Shown: piece after piece, positions 53,597 to 64,000 of the stretch
How the letters are laid out: every line of letters starts with the position of its first letter
Position numbering within the stretch: position 1 is the first letter of the stretch
Assembly: GCA_020137815.1 (NCBI GenBank)
Contig: CM035359.1
Coordinates: forward strand, 3,658,001 to 3,722,000
Reading direction: 5' to 3'
DNA: 64,000 nucleotides
From: Hormiphora californensis
Lineage: Eukaryota > Animalia > Ctenophora
Position numbers and translations under genes: made by a program
The notes under the pieces: model-generated
Told to the model about the DNA's origin: nothing
Database searches by the model: none
What the model saw: only the letters and a program-made list of their open reading frames with translations

Positions 53597-54386
53597 GCAT
53601 TATGAAATATTAGTAAAGTCGGACCCCGGGATTTACCATGGTGACATTATTTTAGACACCTGGCGCGACCCCGCGCCAGGTGTCTAATGTCTATGCCACC
53701 AACGATTTACCAGGAGCACGAAGCCATTATGCCTGCCACCCGGTAAATCGAGGTAATTGTTTATTTTACGGATATCAGATATCTGTAATGGGAGTAATTA
53801 CTTTTCTCCCCGTAAATTGAGGTTCCGGTAAATCGAGGTTTCGGTCAATAGGCGGGTACTACGTAGTACTGCAGTAATTTATAGATTGTTTTGATTACTA
53901 AATTTCAGGAAATATCTTTTAACATGCAAAAACATACCCCTCAAGCGTATCAGTATTCCTGCCAAGAAAAAAAAGCGTTTTAAATTCAGTTGTTTGAAAG
54001 TTGAAATTTATAAATCTAAAAGTGGAGTCTTTTGAAATTAATAAAATAAATTACCCCACTTCTTCCGATGGCATCCGAGATTGAATTTTTAGATCCACAG
54101 TACAGTTTCTATCAAGTTTAGCACATGTCTCTGATACCTCACAATATCCAACTGCAGGGGCATGGTGTTGGGGTTATTATCATACATCTAACAAGAATCC
54201 CAACTTTTCAAAACACTAGCGCACCCATTGGGTGCACCTCAAGTAAGGGCTTTTTGGGCAGGTCGGTAGAACTTCGACAGAATTTAGGGTAGGTCTGAAT
54301 TTAGGGTAGGTCTGAATTTACATCCATGGAGTCAGAGAGAGGAAAGTTGATCTGGACCCCTTCTACCGTGATTCCCATATCCTTAT

Positions 54387-54499
54387 TTCTGACAGAAAAT
54401 ACGAGCACAAAATTCCATATAAAAATGTGTATGACGGACTGTAACAGTCCGTCATACACATTTTTATATGGAATTTTGTGCTCGTATTTTCTGTCAGAA
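54387..54499. repeat. 113-bp palindrome
   Basis: TTCTGACAGAAAATACGAGCACAAAATTCC...GGAATTTTGTGCTCGTATTTTCTGTCAGAA. Confidence 0.92.
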
Positions 54500-55036
54500 T
54501 CTGTATAACACACACGTGAATTTGAGCCGCGGCGCGGCGCATCTGCACGTGCGGGTTTTCAAGAGAGAGTGAGAGACAAACGTACAACGTTAATGTGCGT
54601 CTCTCTCTTTAATCTCGCACGTGAATTTAAGCCGCGGCGCGGCGCATCTGCACGTGCGGTTCTTCCAGATAGAAATTCCAAATAGAAATCCCAGATAGAA
54701 ATTCCAAATAAAAATGTGTATGACGCCGTGTTACGATTGAGAAGAGGATTTTCTTCAAAATCTGTCTACTAGGGTACAAGATCTATTATGGAAGTGCCCC
54801 TCAGTACCTTCAGGATCTAGTACGTGGAACATTATGAAAATATTGAGGTGCAAAAATCTACTCGTTCTACCGAATATCATATCCATATATGATTCTGTGT
54901 AGTACTGAGTACATGTAAATACTGTTTGATAAATGTTTGCCGCAAACTTTATGCAAAACTACATATTTCAAGAAAAAAAAGTCAAATAAGAAATAAGATA
55001 CAAGAATTGAGACATCAAAAAACAAAATATTGTCCT

Positions 55037-56217
55037 CTAAACTCCAGTCTGGCCAGTAGAACCCCGAGCAGAACCTCGAGTAGAAGCCCTTCCAGATACC
55101 AAACCTGCATCTCCCCCCTCCTCTATAACAACCGCAGCCCTCGACCTACTACTAAACCTACTACTCAGTTCACTGCTCAATCTAATTAACCTGGTCGAAA
55201 TCTTGACTCCTGTAGTACCACCCAACACGGACTTCATCCAAATCCGCATGGGCTGAGATCGATAGGACCAGGTAATCGTATTAGCTGCTGAATTTAACGG
55301 CACAGTAAGGACGGCGATAGCAAAGAATGGGTGGTTATAGAAATCCCCCCGATAATATGGACCAAAGAAATCCATCACAAAGTTATCTAACTTTGAGTTT
55401 GGCGAATGTAGATACGTACGGATTATAAAGGCGGTTGAAAAGACTGTAAAGGGCACATTAAGGACAATATAGATGATCGTTAGTATTATGATAGTTTGGG
55501 AGGCCTTCCTCCCAGACCCCCTGTTATTCGCACCGGTTGCTGTATTTCGTGTCATGGCCCAGACAGAGATGAAACAACTGATGGTCACGATGAAGAAGGG
55601 GACGTACATGGGGATAGTATCACGTAGCAGAGAGTTTCCTATTGTAGTTATTTCCTTGACCTCACTTGTAACATTCAGGTACAGCCAGGTGTGTAGAGGT
55701 AGTTGGCGGAGAACCAGAAGGGCAGGGTTTGGTAGAGGATCGTTAGAGTTGAATAGACACTGATGATTATCAGGATTGTTTTGATTCGTGGTGGTAGTGC
55801 AAATGGGTCTACAATCGCTCTAGTCCTGGTAACACTGAGTACTGCCATCAGGAACACAGATACCCGGACGACTGTATACCAAACCACACCGTGAAAGTTA
55901 CAAAATATCACACTTTCAAAACTCTCGGCATTCCGGTGAAGTAGGAGGCTGGCTGTGATTGGTATAAAGCTCACCAAAATAACCACATCCACCGCACAAA
56001 TTGCAAGGTAAAGTGTGTTTACAAGTCCCTTTCTGGCGTTTTTACCGCTCAAGAAGTATGTCAGCTGAGTCACGGCTACAGGGAGTCCTACAATTATTGT
56101 TAGTACAGATAGGATTGAGAGGGTGGTGTTGACGGGGTAGAGAGATGGTGGTGGCTCTCCTGGGGAATTGGTTAAAGGATGCCATACGTAGAACGTAACA
56201 GCATTATCATCTGACAT
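55037..56217 (-). pseudogene. Intronless class A (rhodopsin-like) GPCR with a frameshift near 55690
   Basis: TM1-4 in ORF 55675-56217 (LYLAICAVD, FCNFHGVVW, LSVTR). TM5-7 in ORF 55037-55609 (PFFIVTISC, YIVLNVP, LNSAAN). The frames differ within ECL2. Confidence 0.8.
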
Positions 56218-56322
56218 TTTGTCTTGCTCGACCCTCTTTCCGTGTCAAGGAGGGTTAGAACATAACAACTGCCATTATACCCTTATCTTCAGGAAATTAT
56301 GAGAGAGAATAGAGATAAAGAT

Positions 56323-59310
56323 GTATATATGAGGCATAAACTCTGGCCACTGGCACGTTATTTCAGATACCTTTCTCCCAGCGCGCCGCTGGGAGAAGGT
56401 AGCTGTAGTTTATCCGCCAGTGGCGGATAAACTGGTTTAAATCACGACGACGATCCTGAGGCGTAGCCGAGGGAGAGGCGGAGGGGTTTAAACCAATAAC
56501 GTGCCATTGGTCAGAGTTTATGGGTTATATACCCTGCTTTAGTTGTTTGTTTCAAGTATTACACACTAACAAGAGAGAGAACACTAATCAAAACACACAA
56601 AGAGAACTGAGAAACAGTCAAAAACATCTCTCAATTGAGTGTATTACGGTGGCAGATTCCGGCCAAGAGTTTTTTCAATCAAGTGAAATATTTTTGTTTG
56701 AAATTTTATAAAAATTTTATTTAAAAATAAAAATAAACATGTCGTTAAAATTATTGGCCGGAATCTGCCACGCGAGTGGCAGATCTCGGCCAAGATTCTT
56801 AAAAAAACCTTGGCCAGAATCTGCCACACACGTGGCAGATTCCGGCCAAAAAACTGAAACTTACTTATATCAAGGCGAAAACCGCTGTACCCGACTAATT
56901 TTGATACGCTGAATCACGTAAGCAACTTTTCCAATCCCTCAGAGGTCGGGAAAGTGTCCTAATTGAGCATAATAGGGTCTAATTGACCCGACTTACAACT
57001 TTTCACCTGGAAACGATAAACGCTTACGTGAAGGCACTTTTCCGACTAATTTTGATACGCTGAATCACGTTAACAACTTTTCCAAGTCCTCCGAGGTCGG
57101 GAAAATGCCTAATTGAGCAATTAAGGCCAATTAGACCCAATTATACTCAATTAGGGAAATTCCCGACCTCGGAGGGCTTGGAAAAGTTGCTTACGTGATT
57201 CAGCGTATCTAAATTAGTCGGAAAAGTGCCTTCACATAAGCGTCTATCGTTTGCAGGTGAAAAGTTGTAAGTTGGGTCAATTAGACCCTATTATGCTCAA
57301 TTAGGACACTTTCCCGACCTCTGCGGGATTGGAAAAGTTGCTTACGTGATTCAGAGTATCAAAATTAGTCGGGTACAGCGGTTTTCGCCTTGATATAAGT
57401 AAGTTTCAGTTTTTTGGCCGGAATCTGCCACGTGTGTGGCAGATTCTGGCCAAGGTTTTTTTAAGAATCTTGGCCGAGATCTGCCACTCGCGTGGCAGAT
57501 TCCGGCCAATAATTTTAACGACATGTTTATTTTTATTTTTAAATAAAATTTTTATAAAATTTCAAACAAAAATATTTCACTTGATTGAAAAAACTCTTGG
57601 CCGGAATCTGCCACCGTAGTGTATATTGTTTGGTAACAGTTACTAAGGAGAGAGAGAAAGAAATAACAAGATATGGGGCATGCCAGACATAACACAGAGG
57701 AATTGAGATAGTGAAACAAAAGGGGAGATAAAGAGAGAGAAATTGACGGAATGTGTTGTTTCTTTCTCTCCAATGCAGTGTGTAACTCTTGCAAACAGTG
57801 TTCCCTCTGTATTTCAGTAAGAACTGATCATTTACACACACTTTGAATGTAACATAGGAGTTAATAATAAACAGCCAGCCAGTGGGAAATAATCTGCCGC
57901 TGGACTGGCTGTATATTGAGAGCGCGCCAGTGGGACTTCTCGCCGCTGGCGGGTTATTTAAGTTAGCAGGGTATATATGAGGTATAAACTCTGTCCACTG
58001 GCACGTTATTTCAGATACCTTTCTCCCAGCGCGCCGCTGGGAGAAGGTATCTGTAGTTTATCCGCCAGTGGCGGATAAACTGGTTTAAATCACGACGACG
58101 ATCCCGAGGCGGAGCCGAGGGAGAGGCGGAGGGGTTTAAACCAATAACGTGCCATTGGTCAGAGTTTATAGGTTATATACCCTGCTTTAGTTGTTTGTTT
58201 CAAGTATTACACACTAACAAGAGAGAAAACACTAATCAAAACACACAAAGAGAACTGAGAAACAGTCAAAAACATCTCTCAATTGAGTGTATATTGTTTG
58301 GTAACAGTTACTAAGGAGAGAGAGAAAGAAATAACAAGATATGGGGCATGCCAGACATAACACAGAGGAATTGAGATAGTGAAACAAAAGGGGAGATAAA
58401 GAGAGAGAAATTGACGGAATGTGTTGTTTCTTTCTCTCCAATGCAGTGTGTAACTCTTGCAAACAGTGTTCCCTCTGTATTTCAGTAAGAACTGATCATT
58501 TACACACACTTTGAATGTAACATAGGAGTTAATAATAAACAGCCAGCCAGTGGGAAATAATCTGCCGCTGGACTGGCTGTATATTGAGAGCGCGCCAGTG
58601 GGACTTCTCGCCGCTGGCGGGTTATTTAAGTTAGCAGGGTATATATGAGGTATAAACTCTGTCCACTGGCACGTTATTTCAGATACCTTTCTCCCAGCGC
58701 GCCGCTGGGAGAAGGTATCTGTAGTTTATCCGCCAGTGGCGGATAAACTGGTTTAAATCACGACGACGATCCCGAGGCGGAGCCGAGGGAGAGGCGGAGG
58801 GGTTTAAACCAATAACGTGCCATTGGTCAGAGTTTATAGGTTATATACCCTGCTTTAGTTGTTTGTTTCAAGTATTACACACTAACAAGAGAGAAAACAC
58901 TAATCAAAACACACAAAGAGAACTGAGAAACAGTCAAAAACATCTCTCAATTGAGTGTATATTGTTTGGTAACAGTTACTAAGGAGAGAGAGAAAGAAAT
59001 AACAAGATATGGGGCATGCCAGACATAACACAGAGGAATTGAGATAGTGAAACAAAAGGGGAGATAAAGAGAGAGAAATTGACGGAATGTGTTGTTTCTT
59101 TCTCTCCAATGCAGTGTGTAACTCTTGCAAACAGTGTTCCCTCTGTATTTCAGTAAGAACTGATCATTTACACACACTTTGAATGTAACATAGGAGTTAA
59201 TAATAAACAGCCAGCCAGTGGGAAATAATCTGCCGCTGGACTGGCTGTATATTGAGAGCGCGCCAGTGGGACTTCTCGCCACTGGCGCATTATTTAACTT
59301 AGCAGGGTAT
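56323..59310. repeat. Three tandem copies of a 668-bp unit; copy 1 interrupted by a MITE
   Basis: TATATGAGG(T/C)ATAAACTCT recurs at ~56326, 57974 and 58642. Identical ORFs 58232-58462 and 58900-59130 lie 668 bp apart. Confidence 0.93.
56645..57618. mobile_element. 974-bp palindromic MITE with TAC..GTA termini and 6-bp TSD (IS3EU-like)
   Basis: GTGTAT|TACGGTGGCAGATTCCGGCC...GGCCGGAATCTGCCACCGTA|GTGTAT. The empty site TTGAGTGTATATTG is present in the two neighbouring tandem copies. Confidence 0.85.
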
Positions 59311-60632
59311 ATAGCTGAATAAACCACGAATTGGAGAACTAGATCTGGGGTAATAATCCAAAATGAGCTGCTGCTACAATTACCTCCTTAAATACAGTTT
59401 GACAAAATTAACACTAATTAACATTTATTGAACAGCTGATTTTCTTTGTTCATTAACAAAGAAAAAGACGGCACATTCCTCACGTAGCGCCTTCGTGTAT
59501 CCCCTGTCAGCTGCCAATGCTCTGATCATGCAGTTCTCGCACTCTATTTGAAAGAGATGAGAATGAGGCTAATGCTCTGACAGTATCCCTTTGTATCGGG
59601 TATCCTTGTATTGTTGCAACAGCACAAGGGTATCCTACTTCCCTTATTGTTGAACAATAGAAAAAAGGCCACGGGATATAAATAGGATACAAAAGCTGGT
59701 GCTACGTGACTATCTACGTGACAGCTACATGAGGAATATGTCGCCTGACTATTAATAGACCGTACATATCCGTACATATCCGTAATTACAAGCACTGATA
59801 TTTTTCGCTGTAGTTTCCTATTCCTTTTCATCAGTGCAATATTGTTGTTTTCTCCTCCCGCCGCCTCACTAGAACGCAACCAAAATCAATTCTTTATCTT
59901 ATCAGGAACAGGAGATATAAGCCAAAACGGATAGCACACGCAAATCAACTTTTTTAAATGCACGGCCCCCTGCCCCAGCTTGATTAAAACTTTACACGCT
60001 GTTAGATATACCGTTAATTTTCTATTTTGGGAGAAATTTATCTCCCGGTAAATTAATGATTAATTGAGGTATTAATTGGGTTCTCCATGTCAACATTTTA
60101 TAGATGTCTGCAATTCACCACAGTTAAAAATACGAATTTCCTCCTTTTAAAAGGGCAATGATCTGGATTGGAAATCACTTATATATCGACCACGGCTACA
60201 TCTGCATTGATCATTTATCTAGGAGAAATTATAGCGAGTTTCAAAAAGTTTTTTTTCCTAGATAAATGACCAATGCACAGCTATAAGCTGTTTGTGAGTT
60301 GTGGTCGAATATTTCCAATATATCTCATTTTGAGAACCGCTGCACAGAGCATTGGCCCGGCAGGTTACCAAGGTAGCCCCCAGCTCGATTCTATCACCAA
60401 GCTACCCAGATCATTATCTTCATGAAGATAATGATCTGCAGGTATTTGGGTGATAGGCAATAATTCCTCTGCAAACCACTTTTTCAGTATCTAAACCCTG
60501 AATGTTGTTGAATGCACCACTCCTTCCCCCATGGCACATAGCTGTTTTCATTTTCTACTTTTGAATTATATTTGTTTGGGCTTCCGTGATGAATACTTAA
60601 AGTTTCATACTCAACTCTTTTAGTTTCACGAT

Positions 60633-63600
60633 ATGTTGGTATTTGTTACACTTCTTATGGGAGTTATTGGATTTGCGAGTCTGTTGGAGGCCTCCGTGTC
60701 CAGTGGACAGTCCACAGCAAACCCAACATATAGCAGTAGCACATCAACCCCGCTGTACACAGAATCCCGAGATCCGGATAAGTGTGAACTAGTGGAGGTT
60801 GGTGGATATCTCCACGAACAGTGTACTACAACATACTACAAATGCCCACTATCAAGTTCTGTGTACAAGAAGGTGTACTCAAAGGGCAGTAATTGTTATT
60901 ACGTTGTATTCAGCGACTTGTGTCCATCTGATCCAGGGTTCTACCAGGTATGTGGGCACGATGGTTGTACTGGTTACAAGGAACTAGGTGGGACACCTTT
61001 ACTCTGTGGATCATACACCTGTCAATTTAAATATTCTAGTAGATTCAGTTATGCTGGCATATTCTACGAAACTAAATTTCGTTGCCACGACGGTGACTGT
61101 AAAAACACTGAACTGAACATGGTTGGATGCAGCAGTGTGGTAAACACAACATGTGATGGCAAATGTGATATACATCTATGTTCCGATGAATCACATTGTA
61201 ATGGTGTAAAATATGGTGTTCGGTGTGAGCGTCTAGGAGATTCTCATTTGCGGGATATCCCCCCAGGGTGGATCTGTGATGGAAATGAGAACTGTAAACA
61301 TGGCGAAGATGAGGTAGGATGTAATAACTGGACTGTTGCTGATCACACCACCTGTCAGCATAAACATATAGACAAGACCATACTGATCCAAGATAACATG
61401 AGATGTTTCCATCCCGAATGGTCCGCTTGTGTAAACAGGCAGGATCAGACAAACTGCAGCGATCCTGAAAGGGTTACTATGCAATGCTTGTCCCAGGGCT
61501 TTCCAACTACCATTTCCATTTGGGGTTATTGTCTTGGTTCCGGTGATCAACTTTGTGATGACAACTACAATAACGTGTGTGTGGAACAAGAACCCGGGTG
61601 CATCATTCACAAGGGGCAGCTGTGTGATGGACATCATGACTGCAAAAATGGAGGAGATGAAACTTGTAAAGATATAGCAGAAGTGACCTGCATCAGAAGA
61701 TTTCAATCTCCACACGTGGAGAAGAACGTCTCCCTTCTAATACCGTTAGAGTGGATCATGGACGGGCAAGAGGACTGCCTCGATGGAATGGATGAAGATG
61801 AGGGTAGGTGGAAGATATGCGGATCTGACTATTACGCCAGGTACCAAGAGAAAGGAACTGAATGTGAGGAAGTCCTTCTCTGTCCTTTGGAGAGAAACTA
61901 TATTGACTTGAATAAACTTTGTGATAGAATAAACACGTGCTCGTTTGAGGAAAAGCTGTGTATCGCAGCTCGGCAAACTGACACTGATGTTACAAGTCTG
62001 GTTGATAGTATTAACAATGGCAATGAATACTATATTCAGCATTGTTTTCCAAAAGGGGCTGAAGATCTGGAAAGGAAACTAGGAAAGTGCAATACAGTAG
62101 AACATACTGCTGGACTCGTCAAAACTGTTCTCAAGGTTGAAAACCCCATATTCGTAAGGATTCCTGATACTAAGGTCGATTGTTCCCATCTTTTTGGTGT
62201 GAACTATGTCTATGCAGCATGCAACAACATCTGTCTGAATGCCGAATGTTCCCTAAAGAAAGTACAGGGAGACACATGTATCAATAGAAAGGAGTCTACA
62301 GTAGTCAGAGCCCTGGCAGCGACTGACTTTCCTAGTACAGCAACACTGATAAAAACGGCACATATTCCCGGATTCTACGACAACAAAATATTCCCATGTG
62401 CTAACAAGAATTGTATGTCCTATCGGGATGTCTGCAACCTTAGGGACGACTGTGGTGATGGCTCTGATGAGGAAAACTGTTCAAATCAATTCCAGTGCAA
62501 AGACAGAGACCAATTGGGGCTCGTTGTTCTGTCTCAAGTTTGTGATGGTGTGGTGCACTGCCGTGATTTTTCCGACGAGTGCTTCGAAGGTTGCCGCTCT
62601 ACAAACAAGAATATCTTTGCGACCGAGTTTCTAAGATATGCAAGTCCGACTATGGGACTACTAGCCACATCATTGAACACTGTTTCACTGATTAAATCGG
62701 CGTGGGAGTTACGCCAACAAGATACGTACGCAATGTTCCTTAACAAATCAGCCATTGTTTTGATAAATCTTGGTGATCTGATGATCGGTGTTTATCTACT
62801 GCTGATATCCTACTTTGACTTCACCTACAACGCTGGTGACAACTACTGTCAAGACAAATACCAATGGTTTAGCTCCAGTGAGTGTTCCTTCCTTGGAGCT
62901 CTGAGCACAACTGGGTCGCAACTGTCACTCTTCGCAATGACAATGCTAAGCATGAGCAGAGTGGCAAACATAGGGAACCTATTCCAACGGGAATGCTCTA
63001 GCTTCAAATCTGCTACCAAGCTTGGGTTGCTGCTTGTCTCACCAGTTCTGGCAAGTATCCTGATTGCGGTTACACCTATATTGCCATCTACCGAGGACTA
63101 CTTTGTCAACGGGCTGTACTATCACAGATCACCGCTCTTTATTAGGCCCGCTACTAAGGTAAACCACTATTCGGCGTTTAAGGAGTACTTTGGAGGGCGG
63201 TTATGGTCGTGGAAGAATGCTGTATCCTCCTGGGCAGCTATCCGTTCAACAGTCATGGAAATGATCTCATCAGATAGAGGTAGGATCAATACAGTCGGAC
63301 CCCAATTTAACGTGCTGCTCGAGAGAAAAGCATTTTGCCCGGTAAATCTGGTTGCCCGGTAAATCGGGATCAATTAGTAAACACAGTAAATTTTATCCTC
63401 CCGATAAATCCGGGTTTCGGTAAATCAGGGTCCGATAGTAATTTCTGTTCGTGTATGCATAGTACACTATAAGTGTATTCTTTCAAGTGCTACTTGATCA
63501 AGTTCTAATTTTCTTTCAGGAATACCGTATAGAACAATCCATTTTTATGGTAATGACGGAGTTTGTATTTTTAAATACCTTGTCACCCGTGACGACCCGC

Positions 63601-64000
63601 AATGGGTATTTTCAACGTCCATCCTTCTGGTGAATGTCCTGTGTTTTATCTTCATCTTGGTTAGCTACGGATACATCAATTTTAAAACCCAGCAATCTAG
63701 CCGGAATGTAGGAGCTGCGATGGCTCGGCGAGGCACTAGGAGAGCTTTACAAGCAAAGATATCTGCAATAATCCTGACGGATTTTTTCTGCTGGGTTCCA
63801 TTGAGTATTGTTTCACTTCTTCATCTCACAGAAGCTGTGAATGCGTCAACTTGGTATCCCTTCTTCTCAATTCTCATAATCCCTATCAATTCGGTGATCA
63901 ATCCCTTGTTGTACGACTCAAATTTCTTCTTTGGTATTCTTTGTCTGCCAGCACGGGCTATACATTGGAGTGCACGAACACTAATCACGTCGATACATAA
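60633..64000 (+). CDS. LDL-receptor class A repeat-containing GPCR (exon 60633-63279, intron 63280-63519, exon 63520 to beyond window)
   Basis: Signal peptide, many LDLa motifs ([45 protein letters not shown]), 7[16 protein letters not shown]...CSFLGALST. Exon 2 in frame: [12 protein letters not shown]...[15 protein letters not shown]...[12 protein letters not shown]. Confidence 0.93.
63292..63438. mobile_element. Short CAGTCGGAC-family MITE in the GPCR intron
   Basis: TA|CAGTCGGACCCCAATTTAAC...GGTAAATCAGGGTCCGATAG|TA. Confidence 0.75.

Noticed and set aside
63280-63362. Stop at 63362 suggesting a truncated 909-aa receptor
   Set aside because: The ORF runs into a GT-AG intron containing a MITE; TM5-7 resume in frame at 63520.

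Overview
Repeat-rich eukaryotic (marine invertebrate) genomic DNA. The style of the LDLa-GPCR and small GPCR genes suggests a ctenophore (inference). Host genes: scattered minus-strand exons of F-type lectin/discoidin-like domains (~3.9-28.9 kb), a CHST-type carbohydrate sulfotransferase split by a retrotransposon (33446-41759), a MINPP-like histidine phosphatase lacking its catalytic His (46.8-48.8 kb), a multi-exon Ig-domain membrane protein (49.8-53.6 kb), a frameshifted class A GPCR (55.0-56.2 kb) and an LDLa-repeat GPCR (60633 to window end). The main finding is a young CR1/L2-group LINE at 33577-40612 (-). Its ORF1 combines an apparently intact AlkB-type 2OG-Fe(II) dioxygenase, a proline-rich linker and an SGNH esterase. 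Its ORF2 (hydrophobic leader, NPGP motif, APE, RT) becomes one uninterrupted frame once two nested MITEs are removed. It inserted antisense into the sulfotransferase CDS with an ATGTTC target-site duplication. Other content: many MITEs and palindromes (pogo-like TA, Kolobok-like TTAA, IS3EU-like 6-bp TSD), LINE fragments, minisatellites and GA microsatellites. Bases ~9.1-24.6 kb are homopolymer-corrupted, probably low-quality assembly, and cannot be annotated reliably. All calls are by eye; no searches were run.
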